From: Chrysomallon squamiferum | Taxonomy: Eukaryota; Animalia; Mollusca | DNA length: 64,000 bases | Assembly (NCBI GenBank): GCA_012295275.1 | Contig: CM022665.1 | Location: forward strand, 32,860,001 to 32,924,000 | Reading direction: 5' to 3' | Made by a program: the position numbers and the translations under genes | The notes under the pieces: model-generated | Told to the model about the DNA's origin: nothing | Seen by the model: the letters and a program-made list of their open reading frames with translations, nothing else | The model's database searches: none | Part shown: positions 28,522 to 40,951 of the stretch, piece by piece | Layout of the letters: every line of letters starts with the position of its first letter | How positions within the stretch are numbered: the stretch's first letter is position 1

Positions 28522-29225
28522 GGGGACATGTGTGGCAAAAATAAAAACTCATTATTTTTTTGTTACTTAATTGAAACGATGAAAATAATCTCCATGTGTT
28601 ACTATAAAAAACTAGAACAATTTTTTTTTTTTTTTATGACAAATGGTTACTTTATTTCTGTCTTTTTTAAATATCATATTACTTTATTTAATGAATCTCT
28701 CACCAATACACATATATCCAAAACCAATACACATATATCATTCAAACTGCTGTGGTTCTTCACAGACATGGGTTTCTACAAAGTGACAGAAAGAAATGAG
28801 TCTTTGTTTACACACTTCAAAAGAAATAATAATAATAAAAATAAAATAAAATTTGTATAAAGGTTATATGAAAAGAATAGTTAATTTTTCCAATTTTTCT
28901 TTGTCATTTTTGTAGTGTTTGTTTTTATATGTATATTAACCAAATTAGGAAACTCTAGCACAGTTTCCATACAGCATCTTTCCAAAAATGTTAGGATAGT
29001 ACAAAAAAAGATAGTTGATAAAAAAAACTAAAACCACATTTCCACTTATTATGCCTACAGGGATGTTATGCATCATTAGTATTTAATCTGTGTATATACA
29101 CTCCCTTTTCAAAAAAAATGTGACAAAGTAACATTTTTATATATGTTTTCTAAATGGTCATGTCAAAAACTGAAAAAACTATTTTATTTATTTACATTTT
29201 GTCATTTTTTGCCTATTGTGTCCCC
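28522..29225. mobile_element. TTAA-flanked non-autonomous DNA transposon (Kolobok-like termini)
   Basis: TTAA|GGGGACATGTGTGGCAAAAA ... TTTTTTGCCTATTGTGTCCCC|TTAA: imperfect TIRs with TTAA on both sides. Confidence 0.6.
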
Positions 29226-29883
29226 TTAACTTGATACAAATTTGACTAGTAACTTTACTGTCAGTAAACAGAAATAAAAAATTATACCAAAAGTTAATTA
29301 AACAACAAAGTCAGAAAGAACTGTCCAAATACCTATATACATAACAATGTGATCTAAACTGTATGCAAGTTCAAATTAAAAATTTTCAACTTTAGAAACA
29401 ATGTTTGTTAAAAATGAAAAAAAAAAAAAAAAAAACCTACATAAAAACCCCAAACAAAAATCCCCAAAACAACAAATATTAAGAAATTATTAAACTTTTC
29501 TATCAAAATTTAAAAATGAAAACATGCTTAATAAATTGTCAAATGCTTTATAAAAACTGTTAATTTTTCCAATAATTTTTGACAGTGATCATCCAAGCTA
29601 TATATTTTTTATAAATCTGAGACAGTGTCATGGTTAGTAGCAAGTTGTATTTACAAGTAATCTATTAACATTTCACAAGCACTGAATTACCATTATCAAA
29701 CACAATGAAGTTTTTAAAAATTCAATTAAAGAGAAAATGTGAAGAAAATAAAATGAATAAATTATTATGTTTGAATCATGTCTTTTATAAAAAGCAGAGG
29801 AAACCCCCATTCTATAATCTGTTGTTACCATTTAGGAACAATAATCTCGTGCATATACATACCCACATACATACATACATACA

Positions 29884-29917
<34 letters not shown>

Positions 29918-30588
29918 AACACACACACATATGCATCTTCTTACACAAATAAAAACAAATGACCTTGATATGGAAATAAAAGCTTGAATGGTAAGAAAGA
30001 CTGATTTTATTATCTGTAATGCCCCAACTTGGCTCCTTAACAACCTTTGCACAATACTTCAATGACTGTTATGTCATCATAACAAATCAATCATTTAATA
30101 ATAAATATCTGGTGTAACTGCTTGAAGACTGACACACAGTAGGAAATCATAAAGTGTAATGACTACTGGAATTTTAAAAATATTTTTATTTTTATTTTCT
30201 TGTTGTGTGATTTAACAAGACACTTTTATCAAGTGAAAGAGCTGTAGCCTGGTGATCAAATGTCTTCAAAGCTTCAGTAAGCAGTATACCATTTCATTCA
30301 TAGCTACATAATTATTTATCAGAGGCTGTTATAGGTGGTTTTCTACATATAAAAAGGTTAATATAATTTTAAAATATCTTGCTGCAAATTAACAAGTGGT
30401 CTATGAAGTGATGGCAGATTCATATCTAAAATCGTAATTACACACATACACACACAATAATCTCTACTATTTTAATAATCTCTCTCTATACATATGTAAG
30501 TTATCTTTTTCTTTCCTTATTACAGACACAGAAACAGATTATATATATATATAGTTACACATACACAAACAGCATATATTATAAACAT

Positions 30589-30624
<36 letters not shown>

Positions 30625-30975
30625 ACACATTTATAAGCACTGTTTAGAATTTTAATAAAGATAAAAATGCTCAGTATTGTCTTGAACCAAATGGGGAAAA
30701 AGAAACATCTACTAAAACAATCCCAAACTTATATATTTTTTTCTGTCAGACTATAAAGAAGGGAATAATAATAATAATAATATTAATCTGAAGAGTATGT
30801 GGAAAAACTGGTTACTTAGTGTAGAAACACAAACACTCTTAAAGGCACAGGCTTACAATCACAATCTCAAACACATACAGCCTCACCCATAGGACACATT
30901 TTTTGACATACTCATTTGCAAATGTTTGTATCAATCTATGAAAACTACAAGAGAGTTCTTCTTAAGTAAAACTAA

Positions 30976-33738
30976 TCATTTAAGCACAGAGACAGATGAA
31001 AAGTTGCAGCCATCACACATCCTGTGCAAAGCTCGAGACCTGCAGTTTTTGGAACATGCTTTTCTTGGTCTTAGTCGAGATACTTTGTTTTGTGAAAATT
31101 TAAATCTTGCCTTGGTTTCTTTTACCATCACCACAAAACAGGCATCCATTTTTTTCCCCTCAGCTGATAAGGAGTCCAAGTGATATGGAGATTTGGAGGC
31201 CAAGAAACAAGCTCCAGATTCCTTATTTAATGAAAATACACTGTCAATTTTTATTTCTGTTCCACTGTTTTCATCTTGATCTTTCATGTCTTCCATTTTA
31301 GTTGAATATCTTTTATCACTGTTTTCATTTGTATATCCTATTTCATTATTTTCATTTGTGTATTTTATGACATCATTCTGATTTGTAAATTTCACATGGT
31401 CTTCCTGCATAATGGGATTTATGCTTTGTTCTAAAAGACAGCTGGAAAAGCCATTTTCTTTTTTCAAACTGGTTGCAATGCAGGCATTAGGGCAATAATT
31501 TTTCTTTTCTATGTTTGATACATTGCATGTTAATTTTCTTGTCACATTTGTATTATGGTCATCATTGGGAACATTTTTCTTTTTAGTGTTAGCTAGTGTA
31601 CTTTTGGCTATGTTGGGATCCTCTGTGCAACAAACCAGTCTTCGGTAAACAATGTTATTCAACATATAAATCTTTTCATTATCTGAACTTATAGTTTGCT
31701 GTTTTGGCTCATACCGATATACTGGGTTTTTTACATAACTTCGTCTTTTGATCATCTTGATTTTACTGACAGGTTTAGGATTTTGCAATATCTTTTTTGA
31801 ACAAATAGGAATGCAAGCAGGTACAATATTTTTTCCCCTCTGATTCATCATGCTTTCTTTCAGTTTATCTTCCATATGCTTTTTTGTCTCACTGGAATCA
31901 CCATTATAACTTGTTCTGCTCATTTCTGATGGTTTACTCACATCACTCTCTACTGGTGGGTTTCTTGTTACATTATTCTCCAAATGTGTCATATTAGTTT
32001 TCTCTTGCACAGCAGTAACTGTCAGTGAAGAGTCTAAGTGAACTTTCACGGTGTTAAGATCAATGGGCACATTTCCAAACTGATCACTGACAGCAGCATT
32101 TTTTATTATATGATGTGTCACTGAAACATACTTTTTTCTATTCTGTAACAAGGCATATTCTAGCTCTGTCAGGTTCTCAACATCACAATTACTGCTGACA
32201 TCCGTCTGAGTTTTCAAATAATGTAAAACATACTGACTGGTGTTTCCAGGATTATCTTTTTCATCTGATATTCCTGAAGTGTTTGTGGAACAAAGCTTGC
32301 AGACTTCATCACAAGATTTGTTTGAATGCATGTAAATGGCAGATATATTTGAATCAGTCACAGGAATGATGTCAACTTTTATCTCTGATTTTCTAACTGG
32401 AATCAGTGGAACACATGACACAGGCAGGCACTCTGTATCAACAGGATTTAAAATTTTATTCATCTGTTGTCTTCTTTGTGACTCTGTTGAACAAATCACA
32501 GAACTTTTTGAACATGAAATTTTTTCACTACATTGTGAAGCAAATGCTGATGATGAGTTCATGGCATTTGAAAAAGCATTTGACTTACAGTCGTTACTTG
32601 CATAATTATCTTCATTATTTGGTACCAGATTGTCATGGTTAGTGTTTCCATGCTTATTCCAAGAGATCTGTGAGCCACAAAAATAACCCTGATCTTGGTA
32701 CTGATTGTTATCATTACAGTTATGTCTATTTGAAAAATGTGCACTTGTATTTTTTGGACATGTTGAAAATGTTGACAATTGAGAATCTGTATTTTTAGAA
32801 ATAAAATGTTGTGGTGCACAGTTTGACACAGTTATTGTATTCTGAAAACTTTGCCTATCTCCAGACTGTTTCTGAATCACTGGTGCAGCATTATCCATTG
32901 CAACAGATGATGTCAGAAGATGATGAATCACTGGCTGACATGATGATCCCATAATAGAGTGGCTGGATGTGAAAGTTGTTGTATTAATAAAACCTGAAGT
33001 ACAGGTCACTGGCTGCTGAAAGAAAGCAGGCACTGCTAATGACTGAAATGACAGATCAGCAGTAGTCGTGAAGACATTATTGGAAGGAAAAATAGATGAA
33101 GGTTGTCGAGTTAAATTGTGCTGCTGTTTAAAAGGCTCTGCTCCTGATAAGCCCAACTGAAATTCCTTATTCATTCTCTGCTGGTTCAAGTTTCGCAGCT
33201 GTTCTGAATTCTGCTGATTTGACTGAGATGTGTGTTGATGTTGTTTAGTTGAAAATATTGCAGCAGACCCCACTGGGTTTTGCTTATTGCTCATTTTTCT
33301 CTGATAAAGCTTTGAAGCACTATTTATTTTTGATCTCACCCCACAACTGTTTTCTTTACATTCAGTAACTTCACATTTAACTGATTTTGGGGGTAGAATG
33401 TTGCTGTTTATATATACTGAATTATTCTGATTTCTATTTTTTATACACTGTCTGTCTTTTGATTTAGACACTGTTGCTGCCTGACAGGTGTGATTCAGTT
33501 TAATAATTTGTTGATTTTCAACATTAAATGCATGAGATGAACAGTCTGTGTATGATTGTTGGTGAGCAGGCAAGTAATGAAACAAATTCAGTTTTGATGT
33601 ATTGCTTGCATTTGCAGGTATATCTTGTTTCAAAAGTTGCAGCATAGTAGCCTGACAATGTTCTTGAGACTTGCTTGCATTTAAATCATCTTCCTCCAGT
33701 GAATAAGGTTCCTGTTTAATATCAAGCAAACTTTTCAT
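30976..33738 (-). CDS. Uncharacterised 920-aa single-coding-exon protein, largely low-complexity (S/N/Q/K-rich), with C-terminal Cys/His cluster
   Basis: 2763-nt uninterrupted ORF in very AT-rich DNA; minus-strand acceptor ttttattgcag| places the exon start at 33767, with an in-frame TGA shortly upstream of the ATG at 33738; motifs IKQE, VKCE, EIKIDSVFSL; ends CSKNCRSRALHRMCDGCNFSSVSVLK*. Confidence 0.8.
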   Translation of the reverse strand: MKSLLDIKQEPYSLEEDDLNASKSQEHCQATMLQLLKQDIPANASNTSKLNLFHYLPAHQQSYTDCSSHAFNVENQQIIKLNHTCQAATVSKSKDRQCIKNRNQNNSVYINSNILPPKSVKCEVTECKENSCGVRSKINSASKLYQRKMSNKQNPVGSAAIFSTKQHQHTSQSNQQNSEQLRNLNQQRMNKEFQLGLSGAEPFKQQHNLTRQPSSIFPSNNVFTTTADLSFQSLAVPAFFQQPVTCTSGFINTTTFTSSHSIMGSSCQPVIHHLLTSSVAMDNAAPVIQKQSGDRQSFQNTITVSNCAPQHFISKNTDSQLSTFSTCPKNTSAHFSNRHNCNDNNQYQDQGYFCGSQISWNKHGNTNHDNLVPNNEDNYASNDCKSNAFSNAMNSSSAFASQCSEKISCSKSSVICSTESQRRQQMNKILNPVDTECLPVSCVPLIPVRKSEIKVDIIPVTDSNISAIYMHSNKSCDEVCKLCSTNTSGISDEKDNPGNTSQYVLHYLKTQTDVSSNCDVENLTELEYALLQNRKKYVSVTHHIIKNAAVSDQFGNVPIDLNTVKVHLDSSLTVTAVQEKTNMTHLENNVTRNPPVESDVSKPSEMSRTSYNGDSSETKKHMEDKLKESMMNQRGKNIVPACIPICSKKILQNPKPVSKIKMIKRRSYVKNPVYRYEPKQQTISSDNEKIYMLNNIVYRRLVCCTEDPNIAKSTLANTKKKNVPNDDHNTNVTRKLTCNVSNIEKKNYCPNACIATSLKKENGFSSCLLEQSINPIMQEDHVKFTNQNDVIKYTNENNEIGYTNENSDKRYSTKMEDMKDQDENSGTEIKIDSVFSLNKESGACFLASKSPYHLDSLSAEGKKMDACFVVMVKETKARFKFSQNKVSRLRPRKACSKNCRSRALHRMCDGCNFSSVSVLK

Positions 33739-33776
33739 TGTGGTATGTCAGCTTTATAAATCTTTTACTGCAATAA

Positions 33777-33831
<55 letters not shown>

Positions 33832-34139
33832 TAAATAATTAAAAATATAAAAATAATAATAATAATAAAATAAATAATTAAAAATATAAAAAAAATAATA
33901 ATAATAAAATAAATAAATAAACAGATAAAAAATATTTCACATATCAAAATAAACTGATTTGTTTTGTTTTTAAAAAATTCAGACCTTGATTATTTTTTTC
34001 TGATAACAATGATATATTCCACTTGTGTATTGAAACAATCTGTCTTAATTAATTAATTTTGTTTAATTAATATTAAATTTAATTATATTGTGAGTACTTG
34101 AAATTTGTAACATCAAACCAGCACAAACATTTCCCATGA

Positions 34140-35609
34140 CCGTGTCATATATATTAATATGGGTATTTTCGTCAAAATAAAGTCATACATATACTATGCC
34201 TATCATAATTAGACTTTAGAAAGTGCATTACATTTATATTTCGGAACTACATGATGATGATCACTTCTTGATTCATCAGGCAGTGCCTAGAACAAATTAA
34301 ATCCTGTGACAACGTGACCAAATGTAATAGAGACAAAATAGTTTTCACTGTCGAGTAGTTTAAAGTACCGAACGAATTTTATAGCATGTTAACAAATTAA
34401 AAATTACAACTTAAAGTAATTCTGTTTACAAAACCAATACATATTTATCTTCTTTCTTCTGATTTTTAACCCATAAACAAATTGAACGGTGTATCAGAAT
34501 TTTAATTCCTGTAACATTTATTTGTTCCGATCGGGTTTGATGTTTTCTAAAATGAAACCCCGAATGCGAAGTATTAAAATATATCTGCTGTCTATAAGTT
34601 TGGAGATTTTTCTCGTAACTGCTCAAGCAGACAACCAAAAGTAATCGGCAAATGCTTTTTTATCTTCTTATTTTTAATTTCAGACGCTTAGATCACGTGT
34701 TACATTTTATCCCAGTTACATATTGATGAACTGATGAATTTATATTCAGTGTTTAGATTGCTTGTTATATACTGCCGTTTACCAGTACTACAGTAGCGTT
34801 CAATATGCTGGAAATAACTGGTGAAATCAACTTATATTTCTTGTTGCTTTGAATAGCATATTACTATTTTTATTAGTGCAGAATGTACACGTTTATAAGT
34901 TCATGACTAAAACGGATTACGAAAAGATAAAAAATAATAAAACTAACTTGATAAAAAGAAAAAGTTTTGAGATATTTGGAGGGATTATTTTAACTTATTT
35001 TGTTGTTGTTTTTGTTGTTTTGAGATTTACCGAAGGTGACGGAGCACTCAGCTCCAGTGAGAAAACTGTTTTAAAACGGACGTATAATTTTTCTGTTGTA
35101 TTGATTATGAAAACAAGTGTGAATCTTTAAGTAAAATTTACTATAGCCTATAATTATTGTACTTAATGAGAAAAATGGAAAATATTCGTAAGGCTAATAA
35201 AAAGCATCAACAATGTATTCATTATAAATTTATTTATAATTTTATACTTACTTTCACTAAATCATTAAAGTTGCTGGCACGATGGAGGAATTACACAAAA
35301 GAATTTGAAGTGCGATTCCGTTTAAAATCTGAATTCACACACAAATCCATTCCTAAATTTCAAAAACTTAAAAGAAGCGAGACAAAAACAATGTCAAATA
35401 TTATGGTTTTATCAAACGACTTGAAAATATTTCAGCTGGAAAAACAGCAAAGGCGGAATGTAAGCATTAGAATGAAGGAAAATAGGTTAATATTGAAATA
35501 AACATATTTAATTTTTATAATTTACTGTAGTTTTGTTTATTCATAATGATATGAAAGTAATTTTCTTTTGTGAATTCTTCTCGGACTTAGTTTCATTAAA
35601 ACTGGAGTG

Positions 35610-35676
<67 letters not shown>

Positions 35677-35750
35677 AGAAACCAAGGCCTTGATAAGATA
35701 CATATGTTGCCTTTTATTGCATGGCTGTTGTCTGCGTATTTACACAATCG
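34140..35750. promoter_or_regulatory. Putative bidirectional promoter (CpG-retaining island) between head-to-head genes
   Basis: CpG dinucleotides reappear here between two CpG-poor gene bodies; E-box CACGTG near 34694; both flanking coding exons start with a splice acceptor (33767 minus, 35966 plus), so their first exons most likely lie in this interval. Confidence 0.55.
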
Positions 35751-36042
35751 GCTTTAATCTCTTTTACACCTCAGTGTGTGTGTGTGTGTGTGTGTAAAAC
35801 ATACACAGTATTAAATTGAATAAATAAAGGTTTAAGCAGCACACATAATTTCTTTAAAAATGAGGAAACTTGTTGATTTGACTTTATGATATATGTATAT
35901 TTATTTAAATTATGCTGATACTGACACATTTAAACTTATGACAAGTTTTATAAATTTATTTTCAGGAGGTGTGGTCACACAACATGTACTAAAAGACTAC
36001 CAAGTTTAATAAATCGGTCAAATAACTGATAAGTGTTCAGAG

Positions 36043-37353
36043 ATGGATAACAGTATTTCATCAAATTACGAAATGTCATCAGACAGAGGATTTCGTAAAC
36101 TAAGACCAAGCTTCACCAAAGAGGAATCAAAATTTTTGCTGGAATTGATGGCAAAATATAAAAGTGTACTTATAGATAAAAATAAAGGATTTGTCACTGT
36201 GGAACAAAGGAGGGAAGCATGGCAGAATATAGCTGATGAACTGAACAGCATCAATCCAAATGTTCATCGTTCTTGTGATGAGGTGAAAAAACGTTGGCAA
36301 AACTTGGTTTATCAAGCCACAAAGGATTCACAGAAGTTAAAAGGTTTTTATCCAGGTGAATCCCCACGTGTTTCAGAGGTAAGTATGGGCATTTTAACAT
36401 TAATTGAAGAATGGCCAGATAATATTGATGGATTTACAAACAGTAATACTTCTGGCTGCAAGATTGAGTTTGACATCACTGAAAATGATGATGATAACAA
36501 CACAAACACTTTGATTTCTGACAGTCCACACTCACATCAAGAAGACCAAAATACTTCATTTGTGATGAATAATTCAGCAGCAGCATGCACCATGAGAAGG
36601 AACTCTGCAGAGAAAAGAGATTCTTTTGCATCAGGAAACATTGCTGAAAATACAGTTCAGCCTGCCTTTCCACAAAGAACAACAGCATCAGGACTTCAAG
36701 GGATGAAAACTTCACAACACAGTAGTTTCAATGACACATCTTCTGGTTTATCTGACCCTTTATCTGTGACATCTGCTCCTGTAAGATCAAAATATTTGCA
36801 TCCTGCTTATCGAGATGCATCTCTGTCCTCACAGGGATATGATACATCAGGTGGTTCAGCAGTTAAAAGGAGATGTTTAGACTTCTTTTCAGGAAGTAAT
36901 GAAATTGAAACTGATATCTTTTGTTCTGAGGCAGATTCTGTTTTGCTTGATAAAGAAAAATTACGTTTTGATGCTGAAAAACTAGAAATGGCCAAAGAGC
37001 ATCTTTGTTTAGAAAGGCAAAAGCTGAATATTGAAAGAGAAAAGTTTGCTATGGAAATAGAACTGGAGCGTGACAAGCTTTGTTTTGAAAGAGAAAAGAT
37101 TGCTGCAGAGAAAGAGAGAGACAAACAACATCTGATAATGGAAAAAGAAAAATTTTTGTTTTTGAAAGACCAAGAGAATGAAAGGACTCGTTTGAACAGA
37201 GAACAGCTTGAAGCTGAAAAGCAGATACTTGCAATGGAGAAAGAGAAACTGTCTCTGGAGATACGATTTTGGAAGAGAAAACTGTTGCAGCAGTCAAATG
37301 TTAACCATTGTGAAAGTGAAGAGCAGTCAGCACAAAACAGTGTTGACCACTGA
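36043..37353 (+). CDS. MSANTD4: Myb/SANT-like DNA-binding domain protein with E/K/R-rich coiled-coil tail (MSANTD4-like), 436 aa
   Basis: N-terminal Myb_DNA-bind_5-type motif RPSFTKEESKFLLELMAKYKSVL...RREAWQNIADELNS...RSCDEVKKRWQNL; C-terminal repeats of the LxLEREKL type as in MSANTD4; acceptor ttttcag| at 35965. Orthology not demonstrated. Confidence 0.8.
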   Translation: MDNSISSNYEMSSDRGFRKLRPSFTKEESKFLLELMAKYKSVLIDKNKGFVTVEQRREAWQNIADELNSINPNVHRSCDEVKKRWQNLVYQATKDSQKLKGFYPGESPRVSEVSMGILTLIEEWPDNIDGFTNSNTSGCKIEFDITENDDDNNTNTLISDSPHSHQEDQNTSFVMNNSAAACTMRRNSAEKRDSFASGNIAENTVQPAFPQRTTASGLQGMKTSQHSSFNDTSSGLSDPLSVTSAPVRSKYLHPAYRDASLSSQGYDTSGGSAVKRRCLDFFSGSNEIETDIFCSEADSVLLDKEKLRFDAEKLEMAKEHLCLERQKLNIEREKFAMEIELERDKLCFEREKIAAEKERDKQHLIMEKEKFLFLKDQENERTRLNREQLEAEKQILAMEKEKLSLEIRFWKRKLLQQSNVNHCESEEQSAQNSVDH

Positions 37354-38020
37354 ATGAAAGAGTTGTAGCACTTTTGTTTCATCTGACTACATAACCCTTT
37401 ATAATATCAGTGAACTAGTTATTGTGAATAAACTTTAAAATATCTATTAGGCTTCACATAATCACTGATGGTGTTAAGCAGCATAAGTTTTGTTTTAAAT
37501 ATTTTTGAGGATATTTGAATAAATTTACTTCTGATAACCAAAGTAATGTGCAGAAGTTTGAGATATATTATTTAAATAGTTTCAGTTGTTATATATTTAA
37601 TATTTCAAAAGAACATTTATTTCACAGAAAGTTCAGACATGTTCCAGGTTGATGGTTGATTCCATTAGCTCATTCTATAGAAAAAACGGCATTTGAATAA
37701 TGTGTTTTAGTGATCTTTCATTTTTTAAATGTTTTCGTGTATATATATAGTACCTTTCAGATCAACAAAATACTTCTGGAATTCTTAAAAAGTTACTTTT
37801 ACTTTTCTTATTTATAATATGATTTACTATTTCACAATATGATGCAGATATTTGCTTTTGAAAAACTGCACATTATGCATTAAAGTAGATCTTGTTGATA
37901 CAGATTTGATTTTGCAAATGAAACTGGATGGAAATGGTTTAAATTCTGTAACAGTGTTAGACAGTTTACAGATGAGATTAAATGGTGGAAAAATATATAG
38001 TTCATGTGTATATCAAATTT

Positions 38021-38095
<75 letters not shown>

Positions 38096-38803
38096 TGTAC
38101 ATTTGAAGTGACTACTATAAATATTTAATTATATATAAGCTTTTAATTCGAAATTTTATGATTTTCCAGATTGAATTTTATGTTACATATTTCTGAAATA
38201 AAATTCTGGGACCAAGGAAAAATGATGGTTGTGAATGGAATTCTAAGTTTGAATTGTTATTATTGTTTATATACAAATAACATATGAAGATTTTGAAATC
38301 ATTTCATTACAAGAAATTACTTGAAAGGAGAATAGTGTTCAAACTGGCATTATGTATAAAATATGTATTTTGCTGTGTAAGTATTTCTCCATTCACCATC
38401 CTAGATTACTAATTATTATGAAAACATTAGAAGATGTGTGCTTTCTTGAAAGGAATTTATTGTATTATTAATTGTCTTTGTTTTTTATCATATCCAAAGA
38501 ATTAGTCAAAAGGAAATGTTAAATCTAGTCTTGCTTATTTATCCAGACAAAGCATAATACTATTGTCATATGCTTTTGTGATACCTGATGAAGCCTATAT
38601 GTGTGTATTACAGTTATGATAATGTGATATATATAAACTATAGTGAATGTACATGTATGAACATTATTACAAGTGCTTTTTGATAACACTAAAATTGTAT
38701 TACAGTTTGTCTACAACTGTTCGTTTTTGCTTTACTGGTTAATAATAATAATAATTATTATTATTATTTGAAATGCAGGTTAGAAACGACAAATGTTAAG
38801 ATA

Positions 38804-38843
<40 letters not shown>

Positions 38844-40129
38844 GTAATTTCTTCTTTAATAACAAAATTCGGATAATACTACATGATGAAAATGATTATC
38901 TGGATAATAAATCAACTATGTAAAAGTAGGTAAAAATGAAGTTTAATGTAATTATGGTGCAAAAGCAATTTCATTTTTTTTGTTTTTCAATTTGTTTATC
39001 CTTGCCATAATATTGTAGATGTCTTTGGCTTTCTGATATATTCTCTGATTTTACTATTGTTATTATTAAGGTTTACTCATTTTTTAAAATTGGTTTGTTA
39101 AACCAGTATCATTGTGAGCATCATTTTTCTATTTAATGACAGTTTTAAATTAAAACTGGTGCATTTGATTTTTAATAAATGGATAATATAAATGCATCTT
39201 CAGTTTGAATAATAGTTTGTTTTTTTTTATAAAGGAAGCAATAAGGTACTTTAATTTAACACACACACGCATACTTTTTTCTTTACCAAAAAATACTGAT
39301 TTGTAGTCTACAGATCATTAAACTGTTATACATAATATTAAAAGCTCAAAATGTAAAATAGGTATGCTTTAAATAATTAAATACAAGCTTTGTTTGATTA
39401 AAGATTGTTATTATTTTAGTTCTTTATTATTGAAAACATATTTTATACATATAAAAGAGGACATTTGTTGCTCTACAAATGTCTGTGACTTGTAAATGGT
39501 AATACACATTTATCTTTTAGTATAATTATTGAAGAAAAGTTCTGAATGAATGGCTGTAATCTGAAATATTTTTTCAGTTACTATGTTAATTTTATATTAC
39601 AGTTACTAGTCTAGTTTCATGTTATGGTCACCAAATATTTATGTTAATAGTAACTAGATGATTATTTGGTAATATTAGTTAAGTGGTTTTTGTTTTATAA
39701 CATTATACAACTGCATTCTACCCAGTGTCCTTTTCAACTCCCCTAAAACAAACCAAAATAACAGGAACAAAGAATCAATATATCATTTAAAATGAAAAAA
39801 ACCATGAGATTTTATTAGTAATTTATTTTGTGATCAATACAGATAACAACATTAGAGTTAAGTTTCTAACTATTTGCATAATTGGCAGTTGTAATCATTT
39901 TCAGTAATAAATATTTAGACCCAGAGAAAATGGCAGAAAAGGAACCTAAGTAACTTTGATGGGTATGAACATATACACAATATTACATTTACAAATGATT
40001 GTTTTGTTTCCAATCTTTTCTAATATCAAAGTATAATAATTAAAGAAAAAGAATACATGATGTTTAGGATTAGGACCTAATATTTTCTCTTTTGTCATGG
40101 AAATATTAAATGAAAAATTTCAGATGTAT

Positions 40130-40375
40130 CGTGCAGAGGTCTGGTGATGCCCGGGGCCAATTCCTTGATTGTATGCCCCAAAGACTGAAGTGTAAGGCCT
40201 AGTACTGAGAAATATGAGAAAGCAAGATATTTTGAATACGTAAACATAGATGAAACATAAAATAAACACTTTATTCAGTTTAAATATAAATCAACTAAAT
40301 TTATTAAGTTCTTTTCTCTGATTGGATGCCCGGGGCCACCGCCCCTTCGCCCCCCCCCCACTCGGCACGCTACCG
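40130..40375 (+). mobile_element. hAT-type MITE, copy A (5' TIR truncated)
   Basis: Colinear with 40733-40951 (GAGGTCTGGTGAnGCCCGGGGCCAAnTCCTTGATTGTATGCCCCAAAGAC ... GCACGCTACCG); GTATC present on both flanks. Confidence 0.75.
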
Positions 40376-40732
40376 GTATCTTGACTTTTTTACAGCGAAC
40401 AGCAGCATATATACATAATTGATCAATCTATAGAAAAAGGAACCAAGTTATTGCAGATAACATTTTTATTAATTGTTAAAGGAACTTTTAAAAATGATGA
40501 TTATTAATACAACAGAATTGATGAATATTTAAGGTATGTCAGTGTATGCACTTGAATGGCCGATGACCCAATTTTGTTAATTGGAAGCAGGCAAGTGCTA
40601 AAAGATGAACAACATTTCGTTTGTTGACATGTCACCTGTCAAAAGTTCAGTTAATTTGAACTTCCCACAATATTCGCACGTGCACAGGCAATGGTAGCTT
40701 TTGTTGACATCGTTTGCAGTGACGATTGAGTG

Positions 40733-40951
40733 CAGTGGCGTGCTGAGGTCTGGTGAAGCCCGGGGCCAACTCCTTGATTGTATGCCCCAAAGACAAGTAT
40801 GAAAATATCCTGAATATGTAAACACAGATGAAAATAAAACAAATACTTTATTCGATTTAAATATAAATCAACCAAATTTATTAAGTTCTTTTCTCTGACT
40901 GGATCCCCCCTCCCATTTGAATGCCCGGGGCCACACCCCTGCACGCTACTG
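40733..40951 (+). mobile_element. hAT-type MITE, copy B (219 bp, complete)
   Basis: TIRs CAGTGGCGTGC / GCACGCTACTG; perfect 8-bp TSD ATTGAGTG at 40725-40732 and 40952-40959. Confidence 0.92.

Noticed and set aside
30976-37353. Intact Harbinger transposon made of the two head-to-head ORFs
   Set aside because: No DDE nuclease motifs in the 920-aa ORF and no TIR/TSD found; both look like host genes.
36807-37382. 191-aa minus-strand ORF (and 37049-37297)
   Set aside because: Antisense shadow of the E/K-rich coiled-coil codons of the MSANTD4-like gene.
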